From the human T2T-CHM13v2.0 reference genome, Homo sapiens, in NCBI RefSeq assembly GCF_009914755.1, contig NC_060932.1: DNA of 64,000 nucleotides; one strand, given 5' to 3'. Position 1 is the stretch's first letter. Every line of letters begins with the position of its first letter. The position numbers and the translations under genes are program-made. This document shows, in pieces, positions 53,899 to 64,000 of this stretch. The notes beneath the pieces are model-generated. The model had not been told where the DNA came from. It did no database searches and saw only the letters and a program-made list of their open reading frames with translations.

Positions 53899-56271
53899 AG
53901 CAGCACAGATGTCTAAAGTACAGTGGGAGAATAAAGAGAGAAAGGGCAACCCCAGTACCAGGAAAGGTTTCTCAGAGGGGTGAGCACTCTCTGGATGATT
54001 AATCAGCATTCTAAAACAGAAAGTGGGCGGGTGATCCAAGGTTGAGTGAATTATTTGCACTAAGTTACAGTGTCAAGAAATAATCGCATGTTTGAGGAAA
54101 GTTTATCTATTTAAACGTGAAGACACATGAGAAAAAAAGATGATTGCAGAGTGGCAAATTGAAGAACCTCTCTCCATATAATCCTAGAATATGCTGGTTA
54201 ATTTTGTGTTTTTCCTTCCCCCCTCTACTCTTCTTCCTCCTTGTATTCACTTTCCTGGACTTTGATCTTCTAGGAGGGAGGATACTTCAAAGCCCTGCTT
54301 CCAGAATTTGTATGTAGAGCATACGCCTTCTATTCTTGGGATAGAAGATTCTCCACCAAATCCCACTATTTTGTCCTTTTCCTTAAAATAAACATAGCAC
54401 TCAAAAAGGGAAGAGGATAATGGAGCACAACAATAACAAATGATGTTTTACAGCAAGATCCTTAAGACACTAAGAAGCTTGAGAGGAATAACAAACACTA
54501 CTCTTTTTCAATATAGGACCTATGTCACCAAAAGTTCACCAGTGTGGTGCTGGATGGAGTTGTGTGGAAAACCAGAGGATTTTTTTTAACTAGAGGGAAA
54601 TGACCCTCCATATATTTAAATATATGTGTATGTATTAAAAAGTTAGCATCAAAGCAAATTGATTCAACTTTTCACAGAATTTACACAAGAATTCTAACAT
54701 AGAAAAAGAATATGGGTCCACACTCTGTTCCCCATGCACTCCCTTTTCCTGATTCTGATTTTAAAACATCACTTAGCCTGGGATATAGTGGGCTTGGTGA
54801 GTCCTGTTAACTGTACTCAGGACCAGCTTGCATTAGTTAATAATACTCTTAAAGCTAAAGACATATTTGTGTGTGTTCTGGAGGAATGGGGGTTAGGGGC
54901 TGCCTAGGGGCCAGGGCTGAATTTTGTTTCAACGTTCCTGCACTGTCTCATTGCTAAGTGTCACTACCCTATCAGACATCCTGCCCTGTCAAGCTGTAAT
55001 GCCAACTCAAGACATGCATCAGAGCCAGCTCTTGTCTGTTTTGTGAAGCAGATGCTGTTTCCTGAACCTCATCTGTCCTGCCCTGTACCAGCTATCTGTT
55101 GAGGTCCCTCTTCCTCCCTGTACTTGCAGACGCTCTCCTGAAGATGCTCTTGTCTCTTCAGGACAGAGTGAGACACACATGGGCTTGTCTTTCAGGTCAA
55201 TGTCCAGTGTTGTTTACTTTTCTTGCTCCCCTTGTCCATAACATTTCTGTTTGATTCTCCCCTCCCTTTGTCCAAGTAAGATCTTCCACAATAATTATAA
55301 TCATGAAGGGAAGGTCTCTTTCTTCCTCCTCTAGGTTTGAAGCTCTGTATGAATGGTGGATTGTTTTAGACTGTCTCTCAGTATAGTCCCCAGGTAAGAC
55401 CTGGGTAAGACCAAGTTCCTGTGCATATTGATCTTCAAATTTGATCTTCTCTCAATAGGAGGAGGAGGAGAAACGGGAGTTATTATTTCTAGTGTCATTT
55501 CTGGGGAAGACACAGCTCCTAAAACAGAATGCTGAAATTGGGAAGACAGTCCTTAGACTAAGCAAGGCATTACAGGACTTTGGGAAGGCTAGGCTCCCTG
55601 AAGGCGTCCACCTGGTGAGTAGATCAAGGCAAAGGGATCCCTGCGTTACAAATTGAAGAAGCCATATTTTGAAAGGCAGCTTATCCAGTAGGAAAATTTT
55701 CAGGAACAAGGCAGCACTGTAATTTCCATATGGCCTTTCATGTGACCTTTCTCCACTTATTACCAACCACAAAGCAACTGGAATTGATGTTTAAGGAGAA
55801 AGAATGTTTCTTCGCAAGCTACAAATAATGAAATGTGGTATATAGCTTTCCTTCCCAGATGACATTCACCTTTTATGTTTCCATCTATTACCCACATCTC
55901 AGTATACATGAATTCAGTTCGTGTGGGTATAATGTCTCCCATGTGTCTAGCTCATGCTGGGCAACTTGAGAGATTACAAAAGAGCTACAAGCTCCAGAGT
56001 CTACCCTATGGGAGACAAGACTGACCCCCATGAGACTTTTTAATGCAACAATAGACTTTGCAAAGTGCAATATCCTATCCTAAAAGACCCATCCAAACAG
56101 AAACAAACAGAATGATGCTATTTTCAAGTGTGTCTGAGAAAATGTAGGTTTTCCTAAGGGTCTGTCTTCAGCTCCTTCATTTGGTCATCCCACACACTGT
56201 TTTTTGATGATCTCTTGCTTTCTAATTTAGGTTTTTCTTGGTCTTATTATTGTAGTAGTGCTGGTAGTTTT

Positions 56272-56278
<7 letters not shown>

Positions 56279-56304
<26 letters not shown>
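56279..56304. repeat. (TG)13 microsatellite
   Basis: TG dinucleotide run. Confidence 0.95.
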
Positions 56305-56309
<5 letters not shown>

Positions 56310-56880
56310 GAGTGCTATAACTAAACAAGAACAATCACAGATACCTGCCAGTGCTTTTTTAAGCAAGGACACGTTGATAGCCACAGCATCAGTAGCTAAT
56401 TCACCTTTATGGGAATCCCATTTGTTATTTTGACCTCTTGGCTCATTCTCTAACCAAATTGGCAAAATTCCCAATCCACCCAAAGGTATTATAAAAAGCA
56501 TTCATCCTATTATTGTCTTCTCTTAAACCCTCAGGTAAAATGAAAGAAAAGTGATTCATTCAATATTGCCTTTCATCCATTTTGAAAATTTGAGTTTATT
56601 TCCAAATACACTAGGAACAATTCTTTTGGACAAGAGGGTTATGCTATTCTAAATCATATGCATCGGGCCATGTTACATGGTCTGAGAGTGATTTAAAAGC
56701 AAAAACAAACAAACAAGCGACAATCAATAGTTATATTTAAGACGCTTAAGGGAATGGATAACCAAGTTATTTAAGGATAACTAAGTACCAATTGCTCAAA
56801 TTAATAGGTGCTTATATGTCACAATGTCAAGCTGTGACATGATTCTTTGCCTCTTACAGGGCCTTGAGAGAAATAGGGGT

Positions 56881-57270
56881 TGAGTCATTTAAAGCATGAA
56901 GGAACACAGTGAGGCACTCATAAGATGAGACCGGTTACTGCAGGCGAGTGAAACCCGGACTTCCCGGGGAGGCTCTCCAATCACCATCTCACCACTTAAC
57001 AGTTCAGTTAACAAATTTGGACAAAAAGCAACTGAAAACTTCATCCTTAATGATCAAACCCCCTTGAAGCCGAAGTTTCCAAAGGCTTTACTAAAAGAAT
57101 GGGTGTCACTAATCAATAATGACACTGAGCGGGACACTCCCAAGGAGCTTGCTTTCTGAGAGATGTTTGTTAACCCAGCAGGAAGAGTCTGCAGTGAAAT
57201 GCTTCTTACTTCAGGGTTAATTATTTGTCTTTTTTCTCCAGAGCCAATAGGAGCTCAAAGAAAGAATAAA
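56881..57270. promoter_or_regulatory. Candidate enhancer/promoter (motif cluster)
   Basis: Repeat-free; TGAGTCA 56881, ACTTCC 56959, CCAAT 56977 and 57244, AATCAATA 57111, TGTTTGT 57164, GGTTAATTATTTG 57215; local CpG retention. Motif-based only. Confidence 0.3.
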
Positions 57271-58149
57271 AGCCTATTGCTGAGCTCCAGGAGGAAAAAA
57301 AAAAAAAAAAAAAAAGTCGACTCTGCTGGGTTCCCAGCAACTAGTTAGTTTTTGGATTGCTTTTGTCTTGGTGAGAGAGAAATTCCTGGAGTGTGGTCAA
57401 AGGATCGTCACTGTTTTTAATAGAGTCAAGGAGTTTTCTGTAGACTAATATTATTTTTGAAATGCAGGCTTCCACAAATCTTTTGTTTTAGGACACTCTG
57501 ACAGAATGATGGTTTATTGTGATTAACATAAAAGTAAAAGCAATAAAAAGGTAACAAAAAGAATCACATAGTTGGGTCAATAAATGGGTAACATTTCATT
57601 TCTGAGAGAAAAAAATCCATTTGTCATGTGGGTGATTTTTCATTTTTAAAGTCACAGGTTAAGTAATAACATACATATGAATCAACTTTTTGGTTAGAAT
57701 CTTACTTCTGAAACGTACTGAAAGAATGTGTGCTTTTTTTGTTTGTGTGTGTGTTTTTTATTAGAATTTTTAACTAATTAGTATACAGAAAAAAAGTCCT
57801 TGAAAGCATTTTAACTCCTAAGGTAATGTTTAATGTTCTTGGAATTTCACAAGAATTCTGAATATAATTCTAAATGAAAATGGAGTTTACTATTAATGAA
57901 AAATTAGTTTGGGACAAATGGTCTTTACTGATGTTTTAAATATGAGAGAATGTTTGCGTGGTTCTTTCTGTACCATCCTCGGGCTAAGTACTCACAATGC
58001 AGCCTGCAGCACCTTGTCACATTTTACTATCACTTTTGGTTCACATGGCTGACTCCCAACTATACTTTGAGCTCCTTGAGGGCAGAGTTCATACCTATTC
58101 ACTCTTTCTCACCTACAATTTAAACAAATATTTTTCTAGATTGCATCCG

Positions 58150-58509
58150 TGTGGTAGGCTAAATAATGTCCCCCTTCTAAACCTTGGAACTTGTGACTAT
58201 GTTACCTTACATGGTAAAAGGAAATTGCAAATGAGATTAAATCATCCAGGTAAGCCCAATGGAATCATAAAGTCCTTTATAAGAGAAAAGCAGGAGTAGT
58301 AAAAGATGTGATGGTGGAAGCAAGAGGTTATACTGATGCAGGGAAGTAGTGGTCAGCGGGTCAGGGTTTATAGGTGACCTCTAGAAGCCGAAAAAGACAA
58401 AGAAATCTATTCTCCCTTTAGGGCCTCCAAAAGGAACCAACTTTGCCTACACCTTGGTTGACTACATTTGAGACAATGTGTTACAGCAGCAATATGAAAC
58501 AGCAATACA
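58150..58509 (+). mobile_element. MLT1 (C/D-type) MaLR solo LTR
   Basis: TGTGGTAGGCTAAATAATGTCCCC...GTTACCTTACATGGTAAAAGG...CTCTAGAAGCCGAAAAAG...TGTTACAGCAGCAATATGAAACAGCAATACA. Confidence 0.88.
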
Positions 58510-58609
58510 GTCTGTTATTATTTGGTGCACTAAGATTAACTATTCTCCTTGAGTTCTCTGATGAACCTCTTGGTATCACATATTCTTAGAAAAGGCAGCA
58601 ATTATTTGA

Positions 58610-58860
58610 AAGGTGAAAATTCTTGAGTTTCTAAGTTAAACTTCCTGGATTCAAAGCTCAGCTCTGTACTAATTGCTATCTGAACTTGGTGTCATTTAAC
58701 CTCTCAAAACCTCACTCTCCCCTTGGTAAAATGGAGATAACAATAGTTCTTATAGAACAGGCTATTTTGCCTCTGATAATTAAATAAGGTAGTGCATGTG
58801 TGTGTGAGAGAGAGACAGTGTGTGTGTGTTTAGCACATTACATTGTATATAGTATATTGG
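58610..58860 (+). mobile_element. MIR SINE
   Basis: cctggattcaaagctcagctctg...tcatttaacctctcaaaacctcactctccccttggtaaaatggagataacaatag. Confidence 0.75.
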
Positions 58861-59119
58861 TCAGTGATTTTGGTTTATAATTAGAAAATGTAAGCATAAA
58901 AAAAATTGACTGTGTCTAATAAATCACCTTGCAAAAACACAGATTTTGGTTGGAAGTCACTTGTCGTGTTGCCCATTACAAATGACACACACCTAGGTTG
59001 TCACAGAGCAGAGGAGGAATTTTCTAAGTGTTCACTTTTCCAATAGGTTTAGTAACTGAGGACAGATCCAGAACACAACACACTTAAGCTAAAGTGACTT
59101 CATCTTTACTCTGGCTCTC

Positions 59120-59430
59120 TTAGACTGCCTGAGTTCTCTTCACATTACATGTCCTGCCAGGTCCCGGAGCCTTGCACAGGCCACATGCCCTCTTCCAGGA
59201 ATGTCTTCATCTTACTATCAACCTCTTTCTTCCTTAGCAAGATCTGCAATCTCTGTGACGTCTTTCCTGCCTTCTCAAGCTCCTAGTTTTGAATTCCAGT
59301 TCTCCCAACATACTGTCATAAGAATCTCCTTAATGCTTGTATCTACCTTCCTACCAGATTTTCAGGGAAACTACTCTGTCTTTTTTTTTTTTATCATCAA
59401 AGTATCATGCTAGGCACTGAGGAAACAGTT
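59120..59430 (+). mobile_element. L2 fragment
   Basis: gagccttgcacaggcc...ccctcttccaggaatgtcttc resembles L2 GGGCCTTTGCACATGCTGTTCCCTCTGCCTGGAATGC. Confidence 0.45.
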
Positions 59431-60028
59431 CAAGAAATTCAAAGACTAGATTGCTTCATAAACCAAGTCTTTGCAGATGACCCAGTGGTTTAAGTTACAT
59501 TAAGCATATATCCCTCCAGAAATACATACAAATACCTTATAACAAACTTACATCTTAAAATGAATATTACCAGCCTCAATATTTTAATCCATTAGAGTAT
59601 TTGTATTTGATACATATTTCAGCAAACTCTGGCAACTCAATTGAGCATAGATGTTGGCATAAGAAAAAATTATTGGTACCTCTCTAATAACACAATTAAT
59701 ACCATCATAAAATTAAACTTTTTTACTGTGTGACAAAAGAATTGATATTTGAGGGATTAAAATAAAAATTTACAAGATCATGCAATTATAAAAAAAAAAA
59801 ACTGAACCGTAAAATCTTTTAAAAAGAGAATACTTCACTTTCCCCCAAAGACATTATAGACTAAAATATAAATATTCCTTATCCCAAATAAATTATTTTG
59901 GGATTATTCCTTTTCTATAACGATGTTATAAGAGTCAGGTAAGACAATAGGATTTACTTTCCAGAGAATTTTCTGAGATATAGCTTTCTTAGGAAATAAA
60001 AAGATATCTGCTTTTAATTCCTCAGTGA

Positions 60029-60350
<322 letters not shown>

Positions 60351-61579
60351 TCACCTTTCAGATTTCAAATAAATGCTTAATGTATTAGATATCTGATAAG
60401 TACTGTTAATAACAAGGATTTATTTCAAAGGATATGTATATTATACTCTGGTTCATTCAAATAAATATTCAAGGTCATCTTGACAATGTCAGAGAATTGT
60501 CCTGTCTCACTATCTGAGTTCTTTGCAGAATCTTCTGGTTTAATCGTTCTTTTTATTTGGACATTTATTTCTGTAGGCATTCATTCCAGTTTGCAATTTA
60601 TAATTTGTTCTTACAAAGAGAGTTTTTATAAAAGCAATGATGTCTTGACTTAAAAAAAACCTCAAATTAATAAACATTCATATTTCACATTCATGTGAAA
60701 TAATTCTCTTTTTCCCCTCTTTTTTTTGTAAAAGACTTTTTAAGCATTTAACTTTCTTAAATAGTAGTTGAGATCATTGCCCATTTGGTGTGGGTATAGG
60801 GGAAATTGGGCTGGTTGTTTTTTTCATTTTGTGCTAATGAGTCCCAAAATATAGAATTGATACCTGGGGGTAGAGAAGACCAGCTAGAAGTTAACTTCAG
60901 ACCTTTGGTGTCAGATTATTCTTTTTCATTACTGCTACCAAGTAGCAGATACATATCAGGGAAGGAATATTCTATTGCAAGTGATTGGATAGGTAAGTGT
61001 TTTTCCCCTAGGAAACCATGGTTGCCTTATGAAATAGTTCTGTGGCTTTCAAGATCCTGTGCAGAGAAAGGACATGTCCAGACATACTATTCAATCAGGT
61101 TATTAATAAAGAGACATTGAGTAAAGTATTAAAAGCAAAAAGATTGTCCCTGACATGAAAGATGGACAAGCAAATAATACAAATAAAGACACTGGGCAGC
61201 ATTTTCCTCATCTAGAAAATTACTGGATTGAAATATCATCTTTCAATTTATTTCAGCTATTATGGTCCATAATTTTAAAAGGATGAAACAGGATATTAGC
61301 ATCTATCATAAGCCAGGCTTCTAGGACCAATCCTTCAAACATTTCATTCTGTTCATGCTTTTTCTTGTCTCTAACTGAAGGTTTAAAAGTTTCAATAGAT
61401 ATCTGTGTAAAAAAGATACATACACACACAAAGAGAGGGTAGATGAGCATGAACTGGAGAACTGGAAGTGTACATCTCATCCAGATGTCTGTGCCATTAC
61501 AAGTGCAACAATTTTCAAAGGCAGGATGTTATAGATTCCCTCACCCACACACAAATTTATAAATTCATCAAGCTCCTAC

Positions 61580-62200
61580 TATTCCAAATACTGTGAAAGG
61601 TGATAGGAACATATAATTCACTATATCATAGTCCTTATCTTTCCTTTCCTATACTAAGTTTGAGTTTCAAAATATCATACTCAGTGAGTCAAAACTGAAA
61701 AAGAGGCAAATTTGATTGAGGAAAGGGGTGACTATTGGAGAAGTATTTGAGCTGTTATCAATAGAAGCATTGAACTGTGGTCCAAATAAGATTTTAATAT
61801 CTAAGTAGAGAGAAAAGGTAATAACATTCCCACAGGGAGGGAACAGTTTTAGTAATGATACAGATGTGTGATATGCTTGGCAAGTCTTGAGAACAGTGGG
61901 AAGTGTAGCATGTGTAATAGGCCGGGCGGGAAAGTGGGAGTGGCAGGAATGAAACAGGAAAAGGAGTCTGGACTCAATGCATGCTAGGGATTTTGGACAT
62001 CATTGCGTGGACAACTTGAAATCATGGAAGGTTTTTAAGTGGGGGATTTGAAATACTTCGCTTGGGGTTGGGAGGCAGAACTGTCGGGGATAATGCCAGA
62101 GTGATGGGGTCAACGAAATCGTGTATTGACCTATTCAGAAAGTCCAGGGGAATAAGCTCAAGGACCTGAATTCAGTAGAGGAGATGAACGATTAAAGAGA
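61580..62200 (-). mobile_element. L2 LINE fragment
   Basis: Purine-rich antisense L2 motifs such as tgctagggattttggac...catggaaggtttttaagtgggg. Confidence 0.5.
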
Positions 62201-62729
62201 CTTTGCCCTAAGAAAGGCAGTCTCAGCTAAGACAAACTTTAAAAAAAAAGAAAAAAATACTAAACTTCAATAGCAAATTAACTAAGTTAAAGTATATAGG
62301 CTGGCCTAGCTCTAACCCTGATTACATGGCAATGATTTGTAATTAGTGGATTAAAGGAAAAGACTGTCTCATGGCTTCTATTTTTGATATACTGATAATG
62401 TTTGCTTGTAAATGTATACCCAATAAGTTTAGAAAATAATTATTTGAAATGGTTTTTCCCTGAAAGTGGTAAATGTCCCCACTGAATCATGTTTAAACTC
62501 TTAGCTGTTGAGCAAATCCATTTAGAAATAGTTAATGACTATTTAAACTGCAGTCAAATTCATTCAAAAATCACTTTTATTTAGTGAAGTGTGAATGAAA
62601 GAGGAATACTTGTTTGCCCTTTAGTGATTCTCTAATCACTAAATTAGATTTTCTATGTAATCACCATAATAATATTATTTTAATATACACCGTTTCCCTC
62701 ATGATGGGGGTGGATATTAAAATAATATT

Positions 62730-62926
62730 TTCATAGTAGTTGGAGCTGGGAAGGAGAAAGGACTGTAAATGAGCACAAGGGATCCTTTAGAGTGACAGAA
62801 ATGTTCAGAAATTTGATTGTGGTGCAAACTGCACTTGTCTGTAAATTAACTAAAAGTCATCGGACTGTACATTTAAAATGAGTGAATTTTATGGTAGGTA
62901 AATCATACCCCCCAAAAGCTGTTAAA
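62730..62926 (+). mobile_element. L1ME/MD 3' UTR fragment
   Basis: gactgtaaatgagcacaagggatcc...agaaatgttc...ctgtacatttaaaatgagtgaattttatggtaggtaaatcatacc...aaagctgtt. Confidence 0.8.
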
Positions 62927-63046
62927 GAACATTATTAGTGTGCATGTGTGAAGGACTTTAAATCTGCTAAATGAGACAGTAAATCTTGCAGTCATTTATC
63001 TAATAACAGCTTATAGAGACGTTACTACGGACAGGTGTTTTCTAGA

Positions 63047-63207
63047 CAAATGCTTCTCAAAATGTAATGTGTACAAGAATTAACAGAGGATAGTAAATGC
63101 AGATTCTAATTCAGTAGGTCTGGTGCTAGGCCCATAATTTTACCATTTTAACAAACTTCCGGGGAGTGTCATGTGTTGGCTGAGAAACCACATCTAAATG
63201 TCAAGGT
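63047..63207. mobile_element. MER5A hAT-Charlie MITE inserted in an L2 fragment
   Basis: tgcttctcaaaatgtaatgtg...AATGCAGATTCTAATTCAGTAGGTCTGG...TTTTAACAAACTTCC. Confidence 0.8.
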
Positions 63208-63546
63208 TCTGGGCACAGGGATCTGGCAAGGGAACAAGAAGGTAATTTTCTTACTCCTACAGAGCTGACATGCTAAGAAGGGAGGCAGGTAGTAAGGAAG
63301 TAAACAAATAAAAGCTCAAGATTGTTTCTCATATTTACTACACAGCCTTCAGAAGAGCCCTATGATTCAGCATTCTTTCAAAACCTTTTATTCATTGCCC
63401 ACCATGTGCCGGGGATGACGATAGGCACTGGAGATACAATTGTAAGCATACTGTAATTTCTGATGTTATAGAATTTACAATCTAGTGCCAGACCCATTGC
63501 ACCTTCAAAATAACCCTATGAGGTATATAATACAATACAATTTTAC

Positions 63547-63851
<305 letters not shown>

Positions 63852-64000
63852 AATACTCTCATTTTTAGAAGCAGAGCATGTGAATCAGAAAAGGTAAGTC
63901 CTTTCTTCAAGGCCACACAGTATTCACACTGGGCCTCAATCCTAAGACTTCATGTCAACACTATGCTAGACTATACACTCTTCAATTTCATTGCTACAGG

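Noticed and set aside
61921-61945. Possible G-quadruplex GGGCGGGAAAGTGGGAGTGG
   Set aside because: Only three G3 tracts, within a decayed L2.

Overview
AT-rich, CpG-depleted catarrhine primate genomic DNA, most likely human because an AluY is present. It looks intergenic or deep intronic. I find no credible protein-coding gene, tRNA/rRNA, CRISPR array or CpG island. The supplied ORFs derive from Alu or L1 sequence, from microsatellites, or are chance ORFs. The window is a patchwork of interspersed repeats: 11 Alus (J, S and Y); a 5'-inverted L1PA15/16-like LINE; older L1M, L2 and MIR fragments; solo LTRs (THE1D, MER21, MER31, LTR16, MLT1); and DNA transposon fossils (MADE1, MER5, MER20, Tigger3, Tigger4b, MER63A, MER96B, Arthur1, Zaphod/MER115-like). 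Family names come from recalled consensus sequences, not a search, and boundaries of old elements are approximate. I see no support for a new multi-gene system. The most interesting signals are structural: (1) an AluS that appears to carry a ~120-bp 3' transduction ending at a Pol III T7 terminator, inside a 16-bp TSD (2504-2970); (2) a compact cluster of perfect inverted repeats with retained CpGs, including a 21-bp-arm pre-miRNA-sized hairpin (15181-15312); (3) an Alu insertion that seems to have deleted ~60 bp of its Tigger3 target; (4) a twin-primed L1; (5) candidate non-coding exons and an enhancer/promoter-like motif cluster.
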